In this document: piece by piece, positions 37,257-47,207 of the stretch
How the letters are laid out: every line of letters starts with the position of its first letter
Numbering within the stretch: the stretch's first letter is position 1
Made by a program: the position numbers and the translations under genes
Notes under the pieces: generated by a model
The model's database searches: none
What the model saw: only the letters and a program-made list of their open reading frames with translations
What the model was told of the DNA's origin: nothing
From: an archaeon
GTDB taxonomy: Archaea; Nanobdellota; Nanobdellia; Woesearchaeales; GW2011-AR15
Direction: 5' to 3'
Length of the DNA stretch: 64,000 nucleotides
Assembly: GCA_043801855.1 (NCBI GenBank)
Contig: JAZDLQ010000017.1
Span: 15,202 to 79,201, forward strand

Positions 37257-38918
37257 ATGAAAAGCCACATTCTTTACAAAGTAATTGCTATATTGGTAAT
37301 TTCTGTAATTGCTATGATGGTAATTGAAGGTGTTTTCTCATATTTGTCAGAAAAAAATAAAGCGATAGCTGGCATGAATAAGAATGCAGACCTGTCAGTT
37401 GAGCGCCTTTCCAACAGCCTTATTTATCCTTTATGGAATATCAATTATCCAGAGATTGAAAAAAGCATGATTTTTGAGATGATTAGCCCTGATGTTAAGG
37501 CGATTTTGCTGTTTAATTACAATGGCAAATTTCTCATTGGCAAATCAAAAGACAGTAATCAGGAAATCAAAAAAATTGAGTTAGATGCCAAAACTCAGGA
37601 TGAACTTGATAAAAGCTTTTTAACTCGAACAAAATCAATTACCAAAGAAAATGAGCTCAAAGAAAATGAGGTTATAGGTTCAGTAACAATATACTATACG
37701 GATTTTTTCATGAATAAATATCTTAAAACTGAAATATTAAAGATACTCGTTCAAATCATAGTGGTTTCCACAGCAATTATTTTTATTTTATTTATTAGTT
37801 TAAGGCAAATGATTCTTTTGCCGCTCTTAAATCTGGAAAAAATAGTGAAACAGTTTAGAAATAATGATTTTTCTGCACGAGTTCAGAATATTTCAGATGA
37901 TGAAATAGGAGAACTTTATTTCTCTTTCAATAAGATGCTTGACCAATTGATTTCATCAAAAAAAGTTATAGAAAATCATAATAGAGAATTAGAAAATAAG
38001 ATTGCTAATAGGACTAATGAATTGGATAATAGGGTTAAAGAGCTTGAAAATACCAAAAAGGCAACCTTGAATATTCTTGAAGATATAGATAACACAAATA
38101 AGGAGCTGATATCCGCAAAAGAAGAGCTTGGCAATAAAGTAAAGGAGCTTGAAGTAATGGACAGGAAAAAAGATGAGTTCTTGTCTGTAACAGCCCACGA
38201 ATTAAAAACTCCGCTTACAAGCATCAAGGGCTTTGCAGATCTTCTTAATAACGAAAAAATAATGGAAAACAAGGAATTAAGGAAAAAATATTTTGGCATA
38301 ATTATTGAGGATACAATAAGGCTTGAGCGCCTGATAACTGACATTCTTGATCTTTCGAGGTTGGATGTTGGTACCATGAAATTTAATTTTGAGAAGACAA
38401 CTGTAGATGAATTATTTACTGAATTAATCAACCTATCAACTGTATCAATTAAGAAAAAAGGGTTAATTCCCATATTTAAGGCACAAAAAGGAATTCCTTG
38501 TTTTTACGCTGATAAATCCAGGCTTATTCAGGTTTTATCAAATCTTATTAATAATGCAATAAAATACACTGAAAAAGGATATATTAAAATTGAAGCAAAA
38601 TTAACCGACAAGAAAAATATAGAATTTTCTGTGACTGATACAGGTATTGGAATAGTAAAAGACGAATTTTCGCATCTTTTTGAGCGCTTTTACCAGATTG
38701 ACTCATCATACACAAGAAAAGTTGGTGGCTCAGGGCTAGGCCTTGCGATTAGCAAAGGAATAATTCAGGCTTTAGGGGGAAAAATTTGGTTGGAAAGCAA
38801 ACCAGGCAAAGGCTCAAAATTCATTTTTGTCCTTCCAATAATGGAAAAAGAGGGTGTAGAAAAAGTTGATATGCTAAAAGATAAAAATGAAAACATTGCA
38901 AAAGATAATACAAATTAG
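37257..38918 (+). CDS. Membrane sensor histidine kinase with HAMP domain
   Basis: Two TMs, DEIGELYFSFNKM, H-box AHELKTPLTSIKG, N-box NLINNAIKYT, DTGIG, GGSGLGLAI. Confidence 0.95.
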   Translation: MKSHILYKVIAILVISVIAMMVIEGVFSYLSEKNKAIAGMNKNADLSVERLSNSLIYPLWNINYPEIEKSMIFEMISPDVKAILLFNYNGKFLIGKSKDSNQEIKKIELDAKTQDELDKSFLTRTKSITKENELKENEVIGSVTIYYTDFFMNKYLKTEILKILVQIIVVSTAIIFILFISLRQMILLPLLNLEKIVKQFRNNDFSARVQNISDDEIGELYFSFNKMLDQLISSKKVIENHNRELENKIANRTNELDNRVKELENTKKATLNILEDIDNTNKELISAKEELGNKVKELEVMDRKKDEFLSVTAHELKTPLTSIKGFADLLNNEKIMENKELRKKYFGIIIEDTIRLERLITDILDLSRLDVGTMKFNFEKTTVDELFTELINLSTVSIKKKGLIPIFKAQKGIPCFYADKSRLIQVLSNLINNAIKYTEKGYIKIEAKLTDKKNIEFSVTDTGIGIVKDEFSHLFERFYQIDSSYTRKVGGSGLGLAISKGIIQALGGKIWLESKPGKGSKFIFVLPIMEKEGVEKVDMLKDKNENIAKDNTN

Positions 38919-38955
38919 ATAAATTTAAGAACAAGATTAAATACTATTTTTATAG

Positions 38956-39336
38956 ATGATTAAAATGGCAAAACAAAAAATACTTGTTGTTGACGATGAA
39001 CCACATATGATTGAATTAGAACGTGCAATTCTTGAAAGCGAAGGCTTTGAAGTAATGGCTGCATCAGGTGGAGCAGAGGCTCTTGAAATGCTAAAAACAG
39101 TTAAACCTGCTCTTGTTCTCCTTGACATGATGATGCCTGTCATGTCAGGCAGAGAAGTGTGCGAAAAAATAAGAACAAATCCGAAGACAAAGGATTTAAA
39201 GGTGATTTTTGTTACAGTTGCAAGATTTTCAGAAATTGGCAAAAAAATCCTTGCTGATATGAAAGTTTCAGACTATGTTACAAAGCCTTTTGACAATGCC
39301 GATTTTGTTAGAAGGGTAAAGAAAGCGCTGGCCTAA
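38956..39336 (+). CDS. Single-domain response regulator (receiver)
   Basis: ILVVDDE, LLDMMMP, KPF. Confidence 0.95.
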   Translation: MIKMAKQKILVVDDEPHMIELERAILESEGFEVMAASGGAEALEMLKTVKPALVLLDMMMPVMSGREVCEKIRTNPKTKDLKVIFVTVARFSEIGKKILADMKVSDYVTKPFDNADFVRRVKKALA

Positions 39337-39452
39337 ATTTTTCTTTTTCAAAATTAGCTTATCTGATACGCTGCTAGATGAATAAATGTCAATTTTATAT
39401 CCGAAAATATTATATACAGGTTCTTCGTATTTAGTTTTAAAAAAGAGGGGAA

Positions 39453-42020
39453 ATGCAAAGCATAATTAGAGTACTAGAATTAGCATACGAAGATAATAAA
39501 GATTATGTTCTTCTGGTAGATGATGACCTTAAAATAATCTGGGCAAATAATGCTTTTTTTCATGATACTCCTAATAAAAAAAATAAAGTTCTTGGAAAAT
39601 CATGTCATGAAGCTTTTAAGAATTCACAATTTCACTGTGATGAGTTTCTGGTAACTGAGGCGTTAAATACAGGAAAACAATCATTTCATAGGCATAAAAA
39701 TGAGATCCACAGCGCAACTCCATTTGAGAATGCAGGAAGGGAATATGTACTTTATAAAATAAGCGATGGAAAGGCGATTCTGGGAGCAGATGCGGACTTA
39801 TCTGAAACAAAAATCACCAGCAAAGCGCCTGAAAAAAGCGATGAAAAATACAAGCTTCTTTTCAATAACATCTCAAACTGTGTTGCAATTTATGAAGCAG
39901 CAAGCGATGGCAAGGACTTTATATTTGTTGATGTAAATAAAGCAGCAGAAATATCATTAAGAACTAAGTCTAAAGACATGATTGGAAGGCGTGTCACGCA
40001 GGTTTTTCCAGGAATTATCAAGATGGGCCTTCTTAAGATCTTTTCAAGAGTTTATAAAACTGGAAAACCTGAATTATTTTCACAAACCGAATACAAAGAT
40101 AAAAAACTTTTTATGTGGGTTGAAAATTATATATTTAAGCTGCCTTCAGGGCTTATTGTCGCGATCTTTAACGACTATACAGAAAAGCACAAGATAGAGG
40201 AAGAACTTAAAAAGTCAAGGAACTATTACATGTCTCTTTTTGAAAACCTGCCAAACCCTATATGGATGTCTGGAAATGATGCAAAGTGCAATTATTTTAA
40301 CAAGGCATGGCTTGATTTTACTGGGCAAGCCTTAGAGCATGAGATGGGTGACGGCTGGACAGAAGGAGTTCATCCTGATGATTTGGCAAGATGCATTAAA
40401 ATATACATGGGGTCGTTTAAAGAAAGAAAGCCTTTTGTAATGGAATACAGGCTAAAGCATAATGACGGGGCATTTCACTGGATTATTGATTATGGAACAC
40501 CATTGTTTGACATGGAGGGCAAGTTTAGTGGATACATTGGCTCTTGCTATGATATTAATGAGAGAAAAATTGCAGAAGAGAGAATGGAGCAGGCAAACTT
40601 AATTATCCAAAATAGCTCAAATATTATATTCATCTGGTCTGCAAAAAAAGGATGGCCTGTATTATTTGTTTCAGATAATTTCAGTAAATGGGGCTATGCG
40701 GCAAGTGATTTCAATTCTGGGAAGTTTTGCTATGCAGATATTGTCTATAAAGAGGATTTGCCGCAGCTTGTTGAAAAAGTAAAAAACATTGAAGCGATTA
40801 ATTATGACGAAATAAAAATCCAATATCGTATTAGGAAAAAAGATGGCTCTATTATCTGGGTTGATCAATGGTCTTGCCTTATCCGTGATGAAAAAGGCAA
40901 TCCTTTGAAATATGAAGGAATTGTCAAAGATATAACTGCCCAAAAAGAGGCGGAAGAAATTGAACAAAAAAAATATGGAACTATCGAAAAATTTAACAAT
41001 TGCCTAAAAGAGATTGCAAAAAACGCTTCACTAAAGACAGGAAAGCTTGAATCTTTTTCAAAGAAATTATGCGAAAAAGTGGCAAAGATTATATGCACAA
41101 GGTATGTCAGCATATGGTTTTTTGATTCAGATAATAAAAATTTAGTATCACTTAGTTCATATGATTCAAAGAAAGGCAAACACACATCAATTGAAATCCT
41201 GGCTGTCAAAGATTGCTCTGCATATTTTAAGGCACTTAATGAACAAAGAGTAATTGCTGCAAACGATGCCATTAACGATTTTCGGACAAAAGAGTTCAAA
41301 GAATATTATTTTAAAAAACATAAAATTGTTTCTATGCTCGATTCGCCAATAAGAATAGGACATGATCTTGTTGGCATATTAAGTTTTGAGCATTCCGGTA
41401 AAATAAGAAGCTGGTCAAATGAAGAGCAGAATTTTGCCGTGTCTCTTGCAGAATTTATATCTCTAACATATTCTTCATTCAAGCTTAAAAAAAGCGAAGA
41501 AGAGGCAAGAGCTGAAAAACAATTTATTGAAAAAATTATTGAAAATGCGCCAAGTATTATTATCGGGCTTGATGAGAATAATAGAATTATTCTGTTTAAT
41601 GCTTATGCTGAGAATATTACTAAGTACAAAAAAGAAGAAGTGTTGAATAAAAAATGGGTTGAGATTTTTGGCTGTAAAGACACAGGAAGTAAAGATATCT
41701 TCGATATGCTCAAAAAAGGAGAAAGTAATATTACTTATGAGGAAGAGATAATATCAAAAGAAGGAAACAAGCTGATGATTTTTTGGTCAAGCAGTTCTTT
41801 CAATGATAAAAAATCTGAACTGAAATTCATGTTCATCGGCCAGGATATAACAGAAAAATCATGGCTTGAGCAAAAGGCAAATGCCCTTAATATTGAGCTA
41901 ACGAAGAAGATTGAGGACCTTGAACGGTTCCAGAACTTGACTGTTGGGCGCGAACTTAAGATGCTTGAGCTTAAAAAAAGAATTAAGGAATTAGAAGAAC
42001 AAATATCTTCACTTAAATAA
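39453..42020 (+). CDS. Multi-PAS plus GAF sensor without a catalytic output domain
   Basis: PAS motifs (YFNKAWLDFTG..GWTEGVHPDD, EYRLKHNDG, YRIRKKDG), GAF (SMLDSPI..RSWSNEE), ends VGRELKMLELKKRIKELE. Confidence 0.85.
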   Translation: MQSIIRVLELAYEDNKDYVLLVDDDLKIIWANNAFFHDTPNKKNKVLGKSCHEAFKNSQFHCDEFLVTEALNTGKQSFHRHKNEIHSATPFENAGREYVLYKISDGKAILGADADLSETKITSKAPEKSDEKYKLLFNNISNCVAIYEAASDGKDFIFVDVNKAAEISLRTKSKDMIGRRVTQVFPGIIKMGLLKIFSRVYKTGKPELFSQTEYKDKKLFMWVENYIFKLPSGLIVAIFNDYTEKHKIEEELKKSRNYYMSLFENLPNPIWMSGNDAKCNYFNKAWLDFTGQALEHEMGDGWTEGVHPDDLARCIKIYMGSFKERKPFVMEYRLKHNDGAFHWIIDYGTPLFDMEGKFSGYIGSCYDINERKIAEERMEQANLIIQNSSNIIFIWSAKKGWPVLFVSDNFSKWGYAASDFNSGKFCYADIVYKEDLPQLVEKVKNIEAINYDEIKIQYRIRKKDGSIIWVDQWSCLIRDEKGNPLKYEGIVKDITAQKEAEEIEQKKYGTIEKFNNCLKEIAKNASLKTGKLESFSKKLCEKVAKIICTRYVSIWFFDSDNKNLVSLSSYDSKKGKHTSIEILAVKDCSAYFKALNEQRVIAANDAINDFRTKEFKEYYFKKHKIVSMLDSPIRIGHDLVGILSFEHSGKIRSWSNEEQNFAVSLAEFISLTYSSFKLKKSEEEARAEKQFIEKIIENAPSIIIGLDENNRIILFNAYAENITKYKKEEVLNKKWVEIFGCKDTGSKDIFDMLKKGESNITYEEEIISKEGNKLMIFWSSSSFNDKKSELKFMFIGQDITEKSWLEQKANALNIELTKKIEDLERFQNLTVGRELKMLELKKRIKELEEQISSLK

Positions 42021-42021
42021 A

Positions 42022-42552
42022 TTACAATTCATAAAGCCTATCTGTAAACATCAGCAAATCTTTAAACAGCATCTCTTTTTCAGCGAATGATTCTTCGGCG
42101 CTGCATTCCCTGCTTGCAAACACTACCTTTTCATTGCTTCCTGCAGATTTGGAGAATCTGTCAATAAAAAGGACAATCTCATGCGGCCTGTTGTATTTTA
42201 GAAGAGCGCAAAGTGTATCTACAACAAATGCATCACAACTTTTAGCAGCTTCTGATATTTTACTTTCCAGTTCAGTTAAGTTATATGGTGCTGACACAAA
42301 AATACAATCATCAGTATCTTCCTTTTTTTGATAATGGCTGCTTAATACATCAATATACTTCAAGTCTTTTATTTTCAAATTAGCAGCATCTATTTTGGCT
42401 TCATCATAAGTCTTGTTTATACAGACTAGACAAGTTCTTTTTTTATTCTTATAGTTTTCAATCAGTGTTTTATTTATATTGGAATCAAGTAAATTTATTG
42501 GACTCACAACAAGGGAAAGTATGTTAATGTTTTGATTTTTATTTTCAGTCAT
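42022..42552 (-). CDS. Inactivated KaiC/RecA-like domain protein (DUF835/DUF7504-like)
   Basis: CLVCINK, YIDVLS, CIFVSAPYNLTEL, VVDTLCALLKY; no Walker A; likely start at ATG 42552. Confidence 0.6.
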   Translation of the reverse strand: MTENKNQNINILSLVVSPINLLDSNINKTLIENYKNKKRTCLVCINKTYDEAKIDAANLKIKDLKYIDVLSSHYQKKEDTDDCIFVSAPYNLTELESKISEAAKSCDAFVVDTLCALLKYNRPHEIVLFIDRFSKSAGSNEKVVFASRECSAEESFAEKEMLFKDLLMFTDRLYEL

Positions 42553-42623
42553 TGATTGAGTAAGTATAGTTCTACTATTTATTCTTTTATCACTTCTATT
42601 TAATAACAAATACAATTTTTATG

Positions 42624-42695
42624 AAATTTATCCCAAAATCTATAAATTTATCCTAAAATAGAAAAATTTATCCCAAAATCTATAAATTTATCCTA
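42624..42695. repeat. Four AAATTTATCC boxes at exactly 20-bp spacing
   Basis: Boxes start at 42624, 42644, 42664, 42684; units 1 and 3 are identical (AAATTTATCCCAAAATCTAT). Confidence 0.85.
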
Positions 42696-42740
42696 TTATT
42701 GTCATTAAGTATTTAAAGAATACTTTTTAATATACTACTT

Positions 42741-43733
42741 GTGGTCATTGCTGATATTTTTCGTGCAACAAGAATTGAGCGTGCATGTTTTGGCCTTGCG
42801 GCTGCTTTTGTTCCAATATCTCGCTTTCCAATAAGTACTTTTTATGCTATTAGCTTTGAATTTACTTTGTTTTGCGTTGCAGCAACATTGCTATATTGTG
42901 CACTTGGAATAATGAATGCATGGCTTGATAATGATTTTTCTCTACCACTTTTATGGAAGAAAGTGGTTTTCATAATGTTTATTGCAACAATTATTGTAAG
43001 CCTCTTTAGCATCAAGGTCTTCTTTGCAGTTCTTGCCTATATTTTTCTTGGGATAATATATAACACAGTAGCCAGAAAAATTTTTATGATGGACGGAATT
43101 TTGCTCAGCATTGCGCATTATTTTCTACCTGTATTTTTTACTTCTTATTTATTGAATGCAGATATTGTAAATTCACTTTATTTATCCTTTTATTTTTTTG
43201 CGTTTTCTTTTTTTTTCATGCCGCTAAAAAATATAAGAGGAGCAAAAGAAGACAGGAAGAGAGGCTACAAAACAATTCCTGCAATGCATGTAGCTGGAGG
43301 CATAATAACACTGATGCTTATGGACATTTCTTTTTTTGTCATGCTTATTGGCTTTTTTGCATTCAGGTTAAGCTTAATCTATTTAGTATGCCTTTTTCTG
43401 ATGCTTGTTTTAGGAAGCATTTTAAAATTTCTCCACAGCAGCGGTAATGAAGAGCTATTTGGCCATGTTTTCAGACTTGGCTTAATTTTTTTTCCGCTGT
43501 CATTTATCCTATCGAGCAGCCCGCCACTTTATGTCGTATTGTTTCCATTTGCATTATTTATTGTTTTAATCTATAAAATATACTCCTTTATCAAAAAATC
43601 AGGCATGTTAACATACAAATGCTTTATCTTCAATTTAAATAATTTTATTATATGGCATAAAAGAGTATTTTTTTCATCTTTTGCCAGAACAAATGATGAA
43701 AAAAGCTATGGTTTGCTTACAATAAGCAGATGA
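42741..43733 (+). CDS. UbiA-superfamily prenyltransferase-like membrane protein with degenerate motifs
   Basis: About 9 TMs; GIMNAWLDND, LGIIYN, KNIRGAKEDRKRGYKTIP. Confidence 0.7.
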   Translation: MVIADIFRATRIERACFGLAAAFVPISRFPISTFYAISFEFTLFCVAATLLYCALGIMNAWLDNDFSLPLLWKKVVFIMFIATIIVSLFSIKVFFAVLAYIFLGIIYNTVARKIFMMDGILLSIAHYFLPVFFTSYLLNADIVNSLYLSFYFFAFSFFFMPLKNIRGAKEDRKRGYKTIPAMHVAGGIITLMLMDISFFVMLIGFFAFRLSLIYLVCLFLMLVLGSILKFLHSSGNEELFGHVFRLGLIFFPLSFILSSSPPLYVVLFPFALFIVLIYKIYSFIKKSGMLTYKCFIFNLNNFIIWHKRVFFSSFARTNDEKSYGLLTISR

Positions 43734-43785
43734 CATAAAATAACAATAGTGCAAAATTTAGATTTTAAAAAAGAGGTCGAATCAA

Positions 43786-44958
43786 ATAACAAAAATCCTT
43801 ATTATTGGAGGAGGAATTGCAGGAAGCGCAATTTGCTACAATTTAAGCAGGTATTGCCCTGAAGCTGAAGTATATGTTGTTGAGCGAAATAATAGCGGTT
43901 CCGTCAGCAGCGATTATGGCTGTAGGCTCACATTCAGGCGAATTATTGAAGAATATAATCTTCCATACAAAAAAATATTCACAACTCTTAAATTCTGCAA
44001 CAGTAAGGAAGTAATATTTAATTTTAAAGAAAAAGAACTATACTGTGTTGATTACAGCACCATCTGCAATTATCTTTTTGAAAAATCAGGAGCAAAAAAA
44101 ATAAATGATAATGCAAAAGCTATCAACATAAAAAAAAACTTCCTGTTGTGCGAAAAAGGAAAATATGATTATGATTATCTGATTGATTGCTCAGGAAACT
44201 CGTTTTTTATAAGAAAGCTCCTTAAGTTGAATTTGCCATCCAAGCTCTGGATTGGAAAGACACGCCTTTTATTGCTTAACAAAAAGCCAAACTTTCAGAA
44301 TGAGGCATACTACTGCCTGAATGATGATGGGACATTTGAGGATTTTTATCCTTTTGAGAATTATGCAGCGAACGGTGTCTGGAGATACACAGATTCATCT
44401 GACTTAAATCATAAAACTCCTCTAAAAAACAGCCATTTTAGTGATATAATTGCCGAATCAAAAGTCTTTCTTGAAAAAAGAGTAATGGTTCCGGCAAACC
44501 CCGTCTTTCCGCTGCATTACAAAAATATCGGTTTTCTTGGAGATTCTTTTGGCAATGCAACAACAATTGCAAGCGAAGGAATAAGGCCAATTCTTGATAC
44601 ATCAAAGCTTTTATGCCAGGCAATAAGAAAAAATAACCTATCACTTTACGATTCTTCTTGGAAAAAAGTATACCTTAACACATACTTAAAGCACCTTGCC
44701 AGTAAAAACCTTGGTAAAAATAGGCACAAAGACAGAATGAGAACAATTCTTTCCCTAAAAGAGCATCCTGATGCGTTTTATAATATCCTGGATTCAAACC
44801 CTAATTACAAGTTTCCAAAAGAAGCTGTTAATAAAGTTCCATTTGATATTAAGCTTAAGCAATTAATCCATTACAATAAATACAAGCTATATTACTTTTT
44901 TCAGCAGCAATATGCATCTATTTCCTACCTGCTCAATTTTTTCAATAGCAAGGTTTGA
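43786..44958 (+). CDS. FAD-dependent oxidoreductase, geranylgeranyl-reductase/lycopene-cyclase-like (longer than in ORF track; ATA start)
   Basis: In-frame KILIIGGGIAGS Rossmann motif at ~43792-43827, YLIDCSG, LGDSFG...EGIR; GAGGT RBS 8 nt before ATA 43786. Confidence 0.8.
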   Translation: MTKILIIGGGIAGSAICYNLSRYCPEAEVYVVERNNSGSVSSDYGCRLTFRRIIEEYNLPYKKIFTTLKFCNSKEVIFNFKEKELYCVDYSTICNYLFEKSGAKKINDNAKAINIKKNFLLCEKGKYDYDYLIDCSGNSFFIRKLLKLNLPSKLWIGKTRLLLLNKKPNFQNEAYYCLNDDGTFEDFYPFENYAANGVWRYTDSSDLNHKTPLKNSHFSDIIAESKVFLEKRVMVPANPVFPLHYKNIGFLGDSFGNATTIASEGIRPILDTSKLLCQAIRKNNLSLYDSSWKKVYLNTYLKHLASKNLGKNRHKDRMRTILSLKEHPDAFYNILDSNPNYKFPKEAVNKVPFDIKLKQLIHYNKYKLYYFFQQQYASISYLLNFFNSKV

Positions 44959-45999
44959 GCTAAGTGCATTTTCCGCCATGCCGGTTATGCCTGATGTGAT
45001 GCATGAGTCTTCAAACTGCGAATATGGAAATTTTTCAATGATAATTTTGATTTTTTCTTCCTGCCATGAAAATTTAGGGATTCCCCAGCCAAAACCTGAT
45101 GTAATCTTTTTTATCGCATTTATTCTTTCTTTTTTTGTTTTTATTGATGACAAAAAAGGCTTTGTAATTTCCCTGTGGGAATTCTGTATGCATTTTCTTG
45201 AAAAATCAAGAAGCCCATATTCATTCATATGATAAAAAATTAAGTTTGCAGCGCCGATTTCATTGATAGTTACATGCTCTTTTCCAAAATACATCAGGCT
45301 GTTTTTTTTTGTTTCAAGAATATTTGCAGTTATAAGGTCTTTTAGTGCAGCATACTCGTTTTTGTTAAATTCTATCGGACTCTCCTGTATGAAATTATGC
45401 CTGTAATAATTATCATCAGGAGCAATTTTTTTAAAGTCAGGAATGTACTTTGCCTTTAGTTTTTTTCCAGCTACAATGCAACAATCCTTTCCTGAAAAAG
45501 AGCATGAAATTTTTTCTGCCTCAATATTTTCTCCGGACAATATTGATACAATTCCGGAAATTACGCCTGCACTAAAGCCCTGCTCATTTGTTTTTGTGCA
45601 GAAAATATTATCTTTGCCGCTGAAAAAAAACTCTTTTTTAGTTTTATTGTATCCTACTTTTTCGTTTATCCTAAATCCAAAAAAACTGAGCATAAAAAGG
45701 ATAATCTTTAATTTAGGAAGTAGAATTGCTTCATTTGACTTGTCCATGTGTGCAAGTAACAATAGTCTGGTTCCTGTGTCTTTGCCAATCCTATAAAAAA
45801 TTTCTTGCGCCTTCTTTTTCCCTTCCTTTTTTATGATGCCTGATTGCAGATCGCAAAAAGCTTTTTCAAAAAGATATATTGACCTTTTTTTACGAAATGA
45901 CTTTCCATACCAGTCAGAGCCGCGTGACATAACAATCCCTGGTTCGTTTATAGAAATAATCTGTGGAAAGTATACTTTATCAAAAATTAATGCAGCCAT
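44887..45999 (-). CDS. Tandem V4R-domain protein
   Basis: IFYRIGKDTG, GVISGIVSILSG...EKISCSFSGKDCC, second unit ITSGFGWG...CITSGITG. Confidence 0.65.
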   Translation of the reverse strand: MAALIFDKVYFPQIISINEPGIVMSRGSDWYGKSFRKKRSIYLFEKAFCDLQSGIIKKEGKKKAQEIFYRIGKDTGTRLLLLAHMDKSNEAILLPKLKIILFMLSFFGFRINEKVGYNKTKKEFFFSGKDNIFCTKTNEQGFSAGVISGIVSILSGENIEAEKISCSFSGKDCCIVAGKKLKAKYIPDFKKIAPDDNYYRHNFIQESPIEFNKNEYAALKDLITANILETKKNSLMYFGKEHVTINEIGAANLIFYHMNEYGLLDFSRKCIQNSHREITKPFLSSIKTKKERINAIKKITSGFGWGIPKFSWQEEKIKIIIEKFPYSQFEDSCITSGITGMAENALSSNLAIEKIEQVGNRCILLLKKVI

Positions 46000-46034
46000 A
46001 CTCTTTTTTTTCTTTCTTAAGTTGCAGACCTGTT

Positions 46035-46745
46035 TTACTTATTGACTTTTATTCCACTGTTGCTTATAACGAAGGGAAGTGCAGAATCATGCTGGCATGT
46101 CCATCTCATTTTCGGAATAAATATCCTTCGCTCAATATTGCCAAATGAAAGGTACTCAAGGCTGATTTCTCCATCTATAAAAAACGATACTAAGCCTGTA
46201 AAGTCATTTAGCAATTTTGGATCCTTTTCAAGGACAAGAAGTGTTGTAAGCCCCTCTCTTCTAAACAAGGAAAATGATTCAACAATGAGCCTTCTTAGAT
46301 TTACTTTGCTTGCTATACTTTCTCCTTTTCCTGTGCCATAATGGAAATTGAAAAAGCCGTTGTAGCTGTCAATAACAAGCCTTGTGATCTTCTTATCCTC
46401 TCTTATTTTTGTAAATAGATCATTGTAGATGTTTTCAAATTCATCATAAGGTATGCACATAATCTTTAATTTTCCATTTTTTTCGTGTTCTAAAAGATTG
46501 CTGCCAAAATTAGCGCTTGAAAAGATTCTGTCAATGTTTTTTCTTGGCTCTTCAAGATTAATATATATCCCTTTTTCGTAGTTTTTTGCTCCTTCAAGAA
46601 GGAAGTGTAGTGATAGCAGTGATTTACCAATTCCTGCTGGACCAGATAATCCGATAACACTCCCTGAAGGCAAGCCTCCTTCAAGCATCCAATCCAGGCC
46701 GATAATTCCGGTTTTAATCCTTTCAATTGAGGTTTTTTTTGCCAT
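46035..46745 (-). CDS. KaiC/RAD55-like ATPase
   Basis: RIKTGIIGLDWMLEGGLP, GPAGIGKS, NLEE, LVIDS, PKMRWT. Confidence 0.9.
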   Translation of the reverse strand: MAKKTSIERIKTGIIGLDWMLEGGLPSGSVIGLSGPAGIGKSLLSLHFLLEGAKNYEKGIYINLEEPRKNIDRIFSSANFGSNLLEHEKNGKLKIMCIPYDEFENIYNDLFTKIREDKKITRLVIDSYNGFFNFHYGTGKGESIASKVNLRRLIVESFSLFRREGLTTLLVLEKDPKLLNDFTGLVSFFIDGEISLEYLSFGNIERRIFIPKMRWTCQHDSALPFVISNSGIKVNK

Positions 46746-46762
46746 TATTATTCACCATTAGA

Positions 46763-47068
46763 CTACAATTTTATCTTGTCAACGACAAAAACATAAATAT
46801 CTTTATGCTTGCTCTCTATTCTTTGGCAGCGGACATCGCTTTTAGAGTTAACTCCTTTTTCGCGAAACTTTTTTGGTATAAGAAAATAAATTGTAGAATC
46901 ATTTTTTCCCCTCATTGAGATCCTTGATTCATTAAGGCAGGCGCCTTCGGCAAAAATATGTATATTTTCCATGAATCCCTTTAGAGCAAGCGATTCTTCT
47001 TTCCCAAGAGAAATATTGTGAGTGACACTTCCGTCCTCTTCAAGCTTTGCATTAAGGATAGTTCCCAT
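46763..47068 (-). CDS. Small protein with AbrB-like swapped-hairpin features
   Basis: SRISMRGKNDSTIYFLIPKKFR. Confidence 0.5.
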   Translation of the reverse strand: MGTILNAKLEEDGSVTHNISLGKEESLALKGFMENIHIFAEGACLNESRISMRGKNDSTIYFLIPKKFREKGVNSKSDVRCQRIESKHKDIYVFVVDKIKL

Positions 47069-47207
47069 TCATCTGCTCCTCTTTTAATATATTGGCTAAA
47101 ACCATAATCCTATCAACCCCTGAATTTGCTAAACGAGAACCCTATATAAATTTTTCTTTTGAGAAAAACAAAATAGTTTCATGCATTATATTTGTAACAA
47201 TAAAGTT

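Noticed and set aside
42624..42695. Possible CRISPR array
   Set aside because: The period is only 20 bp, the intervening sequences repeat, and there are no cas genes in the window
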